Assembly (NCBI RefSeq): GCF_027921745.1
Contig: NC_079239.1
Coordinates: forward strand, 2,604,001-2,668,000
Direction: 5' to 3'
From: Schizosaccharomyces osmophilus
Lineage: Eukaryota
Length of the DNA: 64,000 bases
Shown here: in pieces, positions 23,422 through 34,832 of the stretch
Position numbering within the stretch: position 1 is the first letter of the stretch
Layout: each line of letters opens with the position of its first letter
The notes under the pieces: generated by a model
What the model saw: only the letters and a program-made list of their open reading frames with translations
The model's database searches: none
Told to the model about the DNA's origin: nothing
Made by a program: the position numbers and the translations under genes

Positions 23422-23869
23422 CTTACAAAATTTATCCCACTTTTCTTTTTTCAAATTAGCATCTATTTAGGGAATAAATAAAAGATATTAAGAGTTTTCT
23501 AATTACCGCATGCACTGGTGTCCTTAGTGCAGTAAAGGTTTTTCAGAAAGAGTAAAATTGTTTAGTACAAAGCTTGTCAAAAAGTGAATGCTCAATATAA
23601 AAAGAAGAAAAAAAGGAAAAAAGGAAAAGAGAAGAAAATTAAAAGCAAATCAATATCATAAAGAACATGATTGAAAAATTATGTTTTATCTGAATACCGG
23701 GATTCGTTCCAAAACATTAGGGGGAAAATGTAGTAGGTCGTTGAAATAGAAGAATTAAAAAAAAATTAAAGAAACTGAAATTAAAATCATCAATAGGAAA
23801 AAAAGAGCAATGTGAGGTGTGGACGTTTATGGTATATATAAAGAGAATGTATGGGCGATTTCGAGGGTT

Positions 23870-24489
23870 TTAGTCACCTCCACTGATATTTTCAACAATC
23901 ATTCGTTTCAATAGAGATCCCCATCCTTCAGTGGATGTTGGGATGACAATATCGTATGGATAGTTTCCAGAGTCTGCAGCGACTGGAGGAAGGTACGAAA
24001 GACTGCGTAAATTGACAGCCTGAACAATTTGTTCAAGTGCACATTCTAAAGATGTAGAGGATGCATGATAAGAGTCTTTCGATTCGGTAATGACAACATT
24101 GACGAGCCATTGCTCCCATGGATTTACTGTGCCCGTTCCAAACCACGACTTCTTCGGTAACCTTTCATAAAGAAGAACCATCATCTGTGAAGAGGCTCCA
24201 TGCTGATTTGGAAGTCCGTCCACAAATTCTGCAGCCTTGCTGGTAAGAGTCTCGTCCAACTGGGTATTTCCTAAAGTAGGGACTGTAACTTCTAGGATGT
24301 CTACAGTTTTTGAAATAACTGTATGAAATTGTCTATGGAAAAGAATAGTACCTAAAACTCCTAAGACATCAAGCGTTAGCTTGTATTCCTCTGAATATAG
24401 AGTATATTCGTTTCGAATATATTACCTTTGACAGCTTCTGCGGCGTATTTATGACCTACTGTCAAATCTAGTGTAAAAGAGTTGGCCAT
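23870..24489 (-). CDS. atg101: Autophagy HORMA protein Atg101 (Mug66), 2 exons (24489-24426, 24360-23870), 184 aa
   Basis: TILFHR, WF finger (KKSWFG), PWEQW; intron restores frame. Confidence 0.9.
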
Positions 24490-24910
24490 TGTATGTGAAT
24501 TTCTATGTTTTGAATCCAATTAAGTATCAAGAAGTGGTGAACAGAGTCAGGTTCATTATGGAGATTATCTGAAGTCATACATCACAAACGCACACAATGA
24601 AAGAAATGGAACCAAAGGTAAATGAAGAACGGTAATTAATTTTGTCAACTTGTAAAGATCCTTGAAAATGAATGAAGATGAATTGAATTAATCTAATTTC
24701 GCTTTATTTGAGCGAAATGAAGAGAGAAGTCTCTACAATATACGAAACTTATAAAACCAGCCGTCATTTATTTTTTATGAATAATGTTAAACATAAAGAA
24801 AGATTAAGTCTAAAAGTTGTCAGAAATGGGACTTATCAAAACTTGCTTCTTATGCAACTCTCGAAGGGATGCATACATGCAAGCAGAGTGATCCGAAGAA
24901 ATTGAAGACA

Positions 24911-26293
24911 TTATTGTATCTCTTCCAAAACTGCAAGAAGGTTGGCTGGAATTGACTGAGTTGTTTCTCCATTGGGGCATTCAGCCTTTTTCACCAATTG
25001 TATCAAGATGCTTTTTTCCCAAGACCAAGGAGGAACGCATTTTGGAAGCGGAGGAATTGATGTTGAGGAATTTAGGGTGATTGCACGAGAAGAGTCCATA
25101 GCTAATCTTCGCTGTAATTGAAAGGAAACCATCAACCAAAATCGTTCCCAACTCCATCCATAGTTGGCTTCCACGACCTCTGTTACAAGTTCTGAGAATC
25201 TTTCTTTTGAAACGATGCCGTCGTCCAGCAAATCTTGGAGGGACTCGGACGTTGCTTCGTACTGTTGCTGGAGAGCGAAATGCATCGGTAAAATACAGGA
25301 AGAATTGCACCAATTATGATTGATGGATAAAGTTGTACCGATGTTCAACACTTGATGGTACCATCCACTAGGGACAAAAACCGTTTGGCCCGGAAACTGA
25401 AACAAAATCCGTACATTCCCTTGTATTTTTCTAAAATTCTCCTCTTCAAAGAGACACTTTTGAGAAATCCAGGACGGCAGGCCTTCATCCTCAAACTGTT
25501 TTTGGAGAAACTCTGCTTCGGATGGGGGAATGAAAATCCAGCATTTCACACCACACAAATTAACAGACACAGAATGGCTTTCATACACGTCTTTATGCAA
25601 TGGTGTCGTCGATAAATGGCTCCCGATGTAGGAAAACCGAAAGTCATCATTCTCTTGGTTCATCGTGTACGCATTGAGCCAATCATCCACGAACAAATCG
25701 GGCGTTTCGTAAGGTATAGTGACAGGGGAATTCCGAAATAAATGCATATCTTTAGGATACATTCGTATTAAATTGCAAAAACCATTGGATTCTAGTAAGC
25801 ACATGGATCGCAACATCTCGTCTTCTTTTTCAAGTTTCTGCAACGCTGTTCCAAGTTGAACATTTTCGCGTTTTTGACTTCCGTACTTGTCTTTCTGGGA
25901 ACAATACGCCAAGGGTACCTCGACGTTCCCGTACACTTGCTTTAGGTATTCATAATTCGGAGAAAGCAACAAATCCTTAAAAGCTTCTTCTTCATTGTCA
26001 TAATACTGTTTGCTAGCTTCGATCAAATCGTCCCATAAATTATCTGACAAAAGATCGCTCTGCGAAGCAGCTTTAGATTGGAGAAACTCAAGCCCCTTTG
26101 GGACCTGCCTCTCTTTACAGACGTTACTCAACTCGTCGTTCTCTTCAAACCGACGAACCCACGTTTTTCGAGATTCCCAATTTTCAGTTAATTTTTTCCC
26201 AATTAACACAGGAATACACGGTTTTAAGTAATTCTCTAAAAACCTCGAATATGTACAGTCTTCAAGATAATCAACAGAACTCAACTTGTGCAT
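24911..26293 (-). CDS. jmj1: JmjC domain protein (JMJD4-like)
   Basis: KDMHL, DDWLN, TPLHKDV, FVPSGWYHQV, SINHNWCN; ATG at 26293. Confidence 0.88.
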   Translation of the reverse strand: MHKLSSVDYLEDCTYSRFLENYLKPCIPVLIGKKLTENWESRKTWVRRFEENDELSNVCKERQVPKGLEFLQSKAASQSDLLSDNLWDDLIEASKQYYDNEEEAFKDLLLSPNYEYLKQVYGNVEVPLAYCSQKDKYGSQKRENVQLGTALQKLEKEDEMLRSMCLLESNGFCNLIRMYPKDMHLFRNSPVTIPYETPDLFVDDWLNAYTMNQENDDFRFSYIGSHLSTTPLHKDVYESHSVSVNLCGVKCWIFIPPSEAEFLQKQFEDEGLPSWISQKCLFEEENFRKIQGNVRILFQFPGQTVFVPSGWYHQVLNIGTTLSINHNWCNSSCILPMHFALQQQYEATSESLQDLLDDGIVSKERFSELVTEVVEANYGWSWERFWLMVSFQLQRRLAMDSSRAITLNSSTSIPPLPKCVPPWSWEKSILIQLVKKAECPNGETTQSIPANLLAVLEEIQ

Positions 26294-26719
26294 CGTAACT
26301 GGAACGATTTCAGCAAACAAGATGAACAGCGAGCGACTTTTGTCGATTGCTTAAGTGAGTTGGAAACCAAAATTTACAAAAGTGAACCGCTCCTTTTGTT
26401 GATGATCAACAAGGTCGTAAAATACTACAGCAATGTACAAGGGAAAAGCTCAATTTTTTATTATTCTATTTACCCTTCTTCTTGCTCCGACCAGATTCTC
26501 CGATTTTAAATTTTTCTTTTACAAATCAACCGTAAACCAAAAAAAGAAAACAAATTATGAAAGAAAGTACTCACTTTCTTTCCTAGGTTTACTGATTATA
26601 TACATTGACTCCTCTACTACAAAATTTTCGTAGCGTTCGACTATGTTCGCTACATCCGAGCTTATTCCTCGAATGATGTACTCAAAATCCGGGGCGGATT
26701 TGCCAAGCGTTCGCAAAAG

Positions 26720-26725
26720 TGACGT
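26720..26725 (+). promoter_or_regulatory. CRE-like (Atf1/Pcr1) TGACGT site upstream of the stress gene
   Basis: gTGACGTa about 255 bp upstream of ATG 26978; further GACGTA copies near 26807 and 26820. Confidence 0.45.
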
Positions 26726-26977
26726 ACACATGAATTGAGAATATCATACTTTGTTACAGCCGAAGCGTTTGAGAAGCAAACAGAGAAAGAAGTGCCTCAA
26801 AGAGACGGACGTAAGAAGGGACGTATTCATACCACTGCCTCAGAGTGGCGGCTAAAATTATACATAATTAAGCAGTGGTCGTTGATGGAATAGGTTCGTC
26901 ATTGTTGGCATGCAAAATTATATATGGGCTAGCTCTGTCTTGGTATTACCAACTACAAAGATTAAGAATTTTATAAT

Positions 26978-28171
26978 ATGAGTTCTTTCGCAGGAAAATC
27001 AACAGATTTAGCCTCTAAGGCTAAGAAGTACATGTCAAGTCCAGGCTCTGTTCACAACGCAGATCAAAACTTTAGTAATGATGAACAAACCAGAGCTGGT
27101 GGAAACTTTGATAGCCGCTATGGAAATGAAGAACGCGGTTACAGCAATGCCGATCATAGTGCTGCTCCCGAATACTCTCATCCTTCTCAAGGTGATCCTT
27201 ACAGTGGGCAAACAGCAGACACCGGCCGTGGATACTCTTCACAGAGGGGTAACACCGGTTCAGGTCAGAAGTATGGCAGCGATCAAAAATACGATTCTTC
27301 TGACTTAGGTGGTGGTAACGGCAATTATCGTAAACCTAGTCAAACTGAAGGTTACACCCAAAACACCGAGTACGGTTCTAGCCAAGGAACCGAGGATTAT
27401 GGTGAAAGCTACGGACGTCGTGGCGGTGGTGGTTCTTATGGATCCTCTGGTGCTACGGGAGGTGCCTACACCACTGCTGGAGACTATGGTGCTGGTGATG
27501 ATTCTTATGGATCCACTGGCGGTTCCAAAGGTGGTAACTACAGCACCGCTGGAGACTACGGTGGTGGTAGAGGAACAAGCACCTACAATGCCTCCGACCA
27601 AGATACTTACAACACGGGAAGCAATGTAAATAAAGGCAATCAATATGACTCTGGCCAATATGACAAATACAGTACCGGCCGTAATCAACCCACTACTGGA
27701 GCCAGCCAAGGAAACTACAACACCACTGGAGGTGATGAAGGCTACCTAGGATCTGGAAGAGAAGGCTATCAGAGCAATTCCGGCAGCTTAGGTGAAGAAG
27801 GTCAATACGGATCTAAAGCCGGTCAAACCGCTAGCGGCTCCAAGGATGAAGGCTATAACGCTGGCAAGTACACAACTGACCCTACAGCCACCTCTAGCAG
27901 AGCAGGAGGATCTGATCAAGCCGGTCAAAACTTGAGCCAAAGTGGTGGTCAAAAATTAGATCAGGCTGGCAACGCTGCCCAACGTGGTAAGAGTGGCACT
28001 CAAGGTGTTAAATCTGAAGCTCAAGATTTGGGCAACGATGCCCAACACCATGCTTCATTGGCCTCGAGGATGAAGGGAGGCATGGAAAAGATGTTTGGCA
28101 AAATGACTCACGATGATGATCTCGTCCAAAAAGGAGAAACCATGAAATCCGGTGGTGGAAACCGCTTGTAA
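26978..28171 (+). CDS. Gly/Ser/Tyr-rich hydrophilic stress protein (SPAC23H3.15c/Ddr48-like) with a CsbD-like C-terminus
   Basis: Low-complexity GSY repeats; C-terminal ASRMKGGMEKMFGKMTHDDDLVQKG; syntenic position. Confidence 0.75.
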   Translation: MSSFAGKSTDLASKAKKYMSSPGSVHNADQNFSNDEQTRAGGNFDSRYGNEERGYSNADHSAAPEYSHPSQGDPYSGQTADTGRGYSSQRGNTGSGQKYGSDQKYDSSDLGGGNGNYRKPSQTEGYTQNTEYGSSQGTEDYGESYGRRGGGGSYGSSGATGGAYTTAGDYGAGDDSYGSTGGSKGGNYSTAGDYGGGRGTSTYNASDQDTYNTGSNVNKGNQYDSGQYDKYSTGRNQPTTGASQGNYNTTGGDEGYLGSGREGYQSNSGSLGEEGQYGSKAGQTASGSKDEGYNAGKYTTDPTATSSRAGGSDQAGQNLSQSGGQKLDQAGNAAQRGKSGTQGVKSEAQDLGNDAQHHASLASRMKGGMEKMFGKMTHDDDLVQKGETMKSGGGNRL

Positions 28172-28506
28172 GTTTTATTATAATGATTGATACCAAACGA
28201 TGCCGCTAAATATGTTACGATAACGATGGATAATATTCTGCATGATATTTATATATATATATAATATAAAAATCGAAGTGTTTTGATTTTTAAAAAACAA
28301 TAGCTTTTTATCTAGGCTAACCAAAAATAATATTGTTTTGAACGAGAATAACAATTAGACGCTGGTCGTAAAAAAAAAAGTATTAGTATTCTATTTCAAA
28401 AATAGGAAAACATTTCGATTCAAAGAGCCGGTCTAACAAAAAACATTTAAACAATAGTAGTAGTCGTAGCGGTAGTATACAAATAGAAGGCGGGACATTA
28501 TTATAG

Positions 28507-30142
28507 TTAATGATGGTGGGAAGAGGTAGATGATGAAGTATCGGGAGTTTCTATAGTAGAACTCTTATTTATTTGAGAGTTGCGAATAGATGACAAAAAT
28601 CCAGAAAGTCTCGTCGAAAGTTTCTGTGGACGAGTTTGACAGTACGGATGCTGTGCCAATACGACATCAAACATATCGTCATCGGCAATAGGGTTCCACG
28701 CACTATATGTTGCCGTTTTCATCCATTCATCCAAAAAGGGTTGCCCATAGTCGGATATACAGTCAGTGGAAGGTAGAGAATTATATTTCTGCAGCTCACC
28801 TTCATCTCTAGAATGGAGAAAAGAGTAGTATTTAACGGTAGATAAAAATCCAAATATGTATGCTTCAAATCGGGCCCGTAGCCATTCATTGCTTCCTTCG
28901 TATTCCGGTAAGGATTTCTCTTCATGAGTAGAAATTACTGATAGGATATCATCCGTCCATCTTTTATCGGCTCTTGTGAGATTGACGATAGACTTGATCG
29001 AATTATCTTTGTAACAAATTTCTCCTGTATCTGCCCGAACCACAACGTCAGCCATCCTGTTTTGATTCAGCATAATGAGAGTGTTTGTAGATCCAGCAAG
29101 CCAGCTTTTCGTAGAACTCGATTCCAAAACGTGAACTTGTTGTAGAGGTGTATAAGGAGAAAACATACTCTTCTCTCCAAAAAGTAGTAACGGAAAACCA
29201 AGGTAAGCCATCAAGGAATCTTTGTCACTTGTTTTTAAAGAAGACGGCTTAGACAAAGTCGATTTGAGATAGTTTGATGACGGATCAGCAGAGTCATGTA
29301 GACTCAAAAGCATATTTGGAATCAATGATAAGAGAGAGTATTGTAAATTACCCAACCGTTCAGCAACTCGATCATAGACAAGGACTTTTTTACCTAAAAG
29401 AACAAGTTTCAACAACACTAGGGTATTTTGCTTCCAACATAAAAAAACATCTTTACTATTAACTCCTAGCGATACTTGTAATTGAGGACCTTTGTTGACT
29501 AAGCTCTTGTAAAAATCCTAAATACAACGTCGTTAGAAATCATACATAGTTTAGCAAACTCATAAAAGAATTCATACATGAAGAATGGTCAAATCAGAAA
29601 AATCGTTTTGAGAAAAGTAGGCATCGGTCACGATTTCCAAGTTGTCTTTGATGTGGCCGAATTGAGGTGTGGAACATATGAGCACAACAGCCTTTTGAAT
29701 GCTAGGCCGAGTTACATCCGAAGGAAGGTTTTTTACATGATCAATGCTTAGCTGGCGACTACAAGCCAGCCCAAAGGCTGTCGAGTGCTGTGGATTAGGG
29801 TATGGTAAAGTGAAGTATACAAAATCTTTCTCTTGCTATAAAGTAACGAGGTTAGAAAGAAAAAATATAGAATACTTCATGAAAAGACAATTGAAGTAAA
29901 ACTTACCATGTGAGCGCCATCAGGCAAACATAAAAAGGGCAGTATGGACCATTCCTTTGGTAATTCTATTGATTGCGGAAATACATGCTCGATTTCAGGG
30001 CCACGTATATGATGACTTTTCAATTGTAGTTAGAAGAGACGAAAAGGGGAATGACTGAACAAAAAATGAGCATGCTCATTGGGACTTACAAATCTACGGT
30101 AACCATGCAGTAAAAGATAGATGCAGTTATGTAATCATCCAT
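28507..30142 (-). CDS. avl9: Avl9/LAlv9 DENN-like late secretory pathway protein, multi-exon
   Basis: Spliced N-terminus MDDYITAS...VDF|HHIRGPEIE...LPFLCLPDGAH from ATG 30142; last exon has YSLLSLIP, PYTPLQQ, EGSNEWLRARFEAY. Confidence 0.85.
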
Positions 30143-31008
30143 GATACGAATCTTTTTGGATGGTAAACGAAAGTAGCCGCTTGCTTCGTTATGTTGTAAG
30201 AAGTCGGATGTTAGTGAAGAGTGCAAAAGACGAAACTTATGAAAAGAAAGCCCAAAAAAAGGATAATTATATGCTTCAAATAAAAAAGGATAAAGAAAAC
30301 AGAAAACATAAAACCGAAGAGCTAAATGAGAAGCAATTACTTTACGAGGATGACATCCTAGGTTGGGGAGGTTCCAAGACGTACCTGCAGTAAAGCAGGT
30401 GGTGGGACGAAAAAGAGAGAGGAGAATAGGTTATTTTAGGATTACAGAAAATATTAGCTTATTTATTTTAGAATTTATTACCCTGTGTTACTTAGTGTAA
30501 GGGAATGCTGCATGAATCTGTAAAGGAAGTGGACTGCTAAACCATTGATTGAAGAGCTCCAGAAAGAAAAGGTTGATTGTGAGCTTCTCATCATTTTTTC
30601 TTGTTTTATCATTTTCTTTTATTCGAGTTTTTTCGACTTTTCATTGCAAGTTCCTTGCTTTGTTTACTTATTACACCACGAAGTCGTTAACTTTATAAAT
30701 ATCGGCTAATATTTTCATACATGCGAATATTAATGTAATATAACTGATGGTAACGAGGGTGTTGACTTAATACTGCTTTATGAGAGACATGCAGAAAAAA
30801 CGCTACCCAGAGTTTTCAAGCAGGCATCTTTGGCTTTAACTGTCAGTTCCTTTTGACAACTTTTTGATTGAATTAAGGACACATTCTTTTTTGGCTGCTT
30901 CTTGCAAAGTGGAACCAGCTTCTGCAAACTTTCTTTGGTGAATTTATTTGTTTTCGTTCAACTTGTCACTATTGATACTTTTCTGTTTTTTGAATTGCCA
31001 TTGTAAAG

Positions 31009-31888
31009 ATGAAGAATGAATACACTCCTATTTCAAATTCGGAAGACTCTTCCAAAACGTTCGATGATGAAAAGTCAGAGAGTCGACCTCCTTCAAATGG
31101 CATAGCACCTCCGTACCCAGGTAAGAAACATTAAAATAGAAAGGAATGTCAGTTGCCTCGTATTACTTGAGGATGACATCGTATCTAGGTTGATGAGGCC
31201 ATCAACTATACCCTTTTCACAAAACAAAAAAATCATTCCTTATACATCTAATAGGTCCACACAAACATGTTGATTTGGAAATGGGTTGAAAAATCCCCCA
31301 GAGACAGCCATAAATCCTTCGAGGAGCCCAGAAGAGTGTCGTTGCCATTTCTGGATGTGCCTTATCTTTGCATTTAGTATAGTTCTTCTTATTCTCCTTG
31401 TTGCAGCTTTCGTTTACAAGGTCCCTGTGAATCCGAAAATTCTCTAGATTCTTTTTGGTAATTGGGATGGACCCTTGACATTGTTTGTGTTTGGTAAGAC
31501 AAGGATGTTGCTATATTTTGTAAGACTCGCTAACAACTAGCGATATTGTTTAGATTTTCGAATGGTTTCGTATAAGCTAGAAGAGGAATTAAAAGGCTTG
31601 TGTAGAATATGTGGATCGCGGGATTCTATTTGACTACTTTTGATGACGCCTTTGTTGTATATACCTCTGAACCATTCTAATTGTTTCAGGAAACCCAGAC
31701 ATGCCTCGTAGAACATAAGGTATTTTTCGATCTTTATACGCGATTTTGGTGGTATGCTTATTCTACAGATTTTTCCCTAAAGTATTTAAAGTTAACTATT
31801 TAGTATATATGGCTCCAAAAGATGACACAACTCGAAACGAAGAGATCGAACTTTACCCTTTTGCTAACCAAAGAACTGAAGTTTGTGA
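31009..31888 (+). pseudogene. wtf: wtf pseudogene (5-exon remnant)
   Basis: Exon 1 MKNEYTPISNSEDSSKTFDDEK..APPYP (31009-31120). Exon 2 from 31255 reads DLEMG then TGA (31287-89, apparent 1-nt deletion) and has TAG at 31445 where the paralog has Trp. Exon 3 is shortened and degenerate. Last exon RNEEIELYPFANQRTEV. Homologous to 34833-35919. Confidence 0.85.
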
Positions 31889-32619
31889 TTTCATTTTTTT
31901 TATTTCGTTAGTCTTGCCGAAACTGTTGTATATCTTCATTGATTTTCGCCAATCTCAAAGGCATTGATGTTAATTACACTCCACCAAGTTCCTGTATTCG
32001 CATACGAATAGAGTCGCATACATAAAAGCAAGGATAATTTTGGTCCCAGCGTGGGTTATTTATTTGTATTTCTCATTCACTCTTTCATAAATCTTCTTAA
32101 TCGTTTCATTAAAATTTATAGCTTTTAAATGAATTCCGTTGCTACTAAATTCAAAGCGAATGCTTCATCAGTGCTCAGAACGTTGTCGATGCGTTGAGTA
32201 GAACATGCGATGAAAGTTGCCCAGCCGTATATACTTGCTTTGATTTTATTCTATGATTTGTAGAGTCACGAAGTCCAGGAATGCGACGAAAAACATTGGC
32301 ATGTAAGCATTGATTTTTGTCTCATCAAAAAGATCTCTGCTTAATAAATGTCAGTAAAAGGTATTTGTATACTGAAGACACCAAAGGTATCTGCTCGAGT
32401 CACATTCTTGTCATTCCTAGAACCGAAGATGGGACGTTCCTTTCTCATATAGTGTACAGTAGGGTTAACACATCAGTAGATTTGATTCGCGGAAGACTTG
32501 TAAACGGTGCAAATGAACAAACTTGGAGACAACACAGTCGAAGAATCGCCGATCAGAAAGTTGGTTCACACTGACAAGGAAGCTTTATATTTATATACTA
32601 TCAATCAATTATTGTACAT

Positions 32620-32738
32620 GTCTACGGCCACACCTAGGTGAAAACACCAGTTCCCGTCCGATCACTGCAGTTAAGCGTCTGAGGGTCTCGTTAGTACTAT
32701 GGTTGGAGACAACATGGGAATCCGGGATGCTGTAGGCT
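32620..32738 (+). rRNA. 5S rRNA gene, variant copy
   Basis: 119-nt GTCTACGGCC...TGTAGGCT, Schizosaccharomyces-type 5S, followed by T runs; 3 substitutions versus the second copy. Confidence 0.97.
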
Positions 32739-33054
32739 TTTCACTTTTTGCTTCTTTTTTCTGTTGCTCTTTTAATTGAAGCACATGGCTTTAATCGTGA
32801 TCGACATGGTCCTTTGACTTATAGCTACTAGTGATTGCAAGGAAGCAATGGTCATCCATGATTCAATAATCACTTATATTCCTTATTAGTTAGAAAATAA
32901 AAGATTCTATAAGGATCAATAATTAAAAAGTGCTTGACGAATAAATATAAGAAACAAAATGCAAAGATGAAACATAAACATAAGCAAAAGCATGCTGGAG
33001 AAAAAACAACAAGAACGGACATCATAATAAACAACGTTTTACTTTATGTATAAA

Positions 33055-33928
33055 TCAATTCCCACCGCTTTCAACATCCCTAGACTGACCCGGTTCCTGG
33101 CGTAACCCTGGAGATTGCTCAGTATGTTCAGAGGTATGTTCAGAGGACGGTTGTTTACAAGTATCATCACTACGATCGTTGAACTGGTTTTCAGGCTCTG
33201 GTGGCAAGCTGTTTAATGCGATACTATTATCATCCGTCAAGTCGTTTCTATCCGATGACATCCTGAAGCCTAGAGCACTAGTAATCACAGAAAAAATTCC
33301 AAAAAAAATCCCAGAAAAAAGCGAGGAAATCCCAGAATCAACTAGAGGAATCAATATAACTATTGAATCCACCAACACTAAAAGTACCCCATTAGTAAAC
33401 ATATCAAATTAAAATTCCACCATTTCACTTACATGAACAAACATATAGAAACATGTAGAGAGCCACGACGACAAGAACAGCTGCTATAGTAGCTTGAAAG
33501 TTTACCCGTACAGATTCTTTCATCGATTCCTTTATAAAGGGGACAAGGTATTTGTAAGAAAACCAAAAGTTTACTATGACCGAAAGAATAAAGCAAAAAC
33601 TAAGCCGAGCAGATTCATTTTCCTGTCTGCGTTGTGCTTCGGGGATTCTCACAATTTTTGCCGGCCAGAAAATTAACCACAATAATGCCGTCAAGACATT
33701 TCGTAAAGAAATAGAGAATATATTTCCTCCTGCCATGTTGGTAGACGCTTCTTGATGTCTGTTTTCTGAGTACGGAGGTGCATGACCTTTTTCCAAGTCG
33801 TCTAGATGAGAATTCAAGATTTCATTGTACCGTGGCAGTTCACCGTCAAACGTTGCAAGAGTGCCCAAGCGAGGAACGTCAGCTGAATCAGCATCTTTTA
33901 GCTTTTTGTATTTGTTTTTTTCAATCAT
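33055..33928 (-). CDS. wag: wtf-associated gene (wag-type) membrane protein, 2 exons (33928-33433, 33377-33055), 272 aa
   Basis: Intron 33378-33432 (GTAAGT..ACTAAT..TAG) joins two track ORFs in frame. Several hydrophobic segments. Lies divergent to wtf and next to 5S, the arrangement known for wag genes; the name rests on context. Confidence 0.75.
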
Positions 33929-34832
33929 TTTCTGAAATTCCTTCAAAACCTACTCAAATAGGCAGTAAACACCCAAATTCATGTCAGAACTTTCAAAAAG
34001 TAGCACACATCCGATCCGACTAACAAGCTTAATAAAATCTACTTTGTAACAACTCCAAACTACATGAATCGAGTCCACAATGGCAATGACTAGAGTTTTG
34101 CAGAGGTGAAGCTGTCATTCACCCTCTCTGACACACATACAGATAGCTAGTAAGCGTACGCTATTCTATATATATTTACAATGAATGAACAGTCCGAAAT
34201 CGCTTTTGTTTGTTTCTATCGTGTAATCAAAATAAATTAAATAAACTTGTCACTACAAACATCGTTCGTGATAGTTTGAACGTTGCTTTTCCAGGCTTCT
34301 GATGGATTTGCTGAAAGTAAGGCTACGAAAATCTAGAGTGTTCAATCCTTTTCCCTGGAATTCATTAAGCCAAAATTACGGAACCTTCCAATACAAAGAT
34401 ATGCATTTCTAATCCTGTTTTTATAATTTAAGCAAACAGCATGGTTGTTTTGCCAAATGTTCCTTTGTTTACTTTTTGTAATAAATAACGACTCTTTTGG
34501 ATTATACTATTAGGAAAATCGCAATGAAAAACCAGCGTTGGATAATCGTAACGAGGACTGTGACCAGTCAGTGACATAATCTCGCTGCTTTTATGATTGA
34601 GACATGCGAAAAGCCATTACCAAGATTTTTTCAAACTCGCATCTTTGGTTTTTAAGGGAAAAGTTGTGTTGAAAAATTTGTTTGTTTTTAACGTAAGGTC
34701 CAATTCCTTTTTTTGAAAGATCTGTGAAAACTGGAGCCAGTTCCTACGGACTTTTCTTGGTGATTAAATAGTTGATTTCGTTTAGAGGGTAAATATCGGT
34801 GCTATTTTTTGGTTTGAATTGCCATTGTAAAT

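Noticed and set aside
31746..31967. 73-aa ORF
   Set aside because: Read-through of the last exon of the wtf pseudogene.
32317..32735. ORFs 32317-32574 and 32523-32735
   Set aside because: Non-ATG starts, one overlaps the 5S gene, and no homology is evident.
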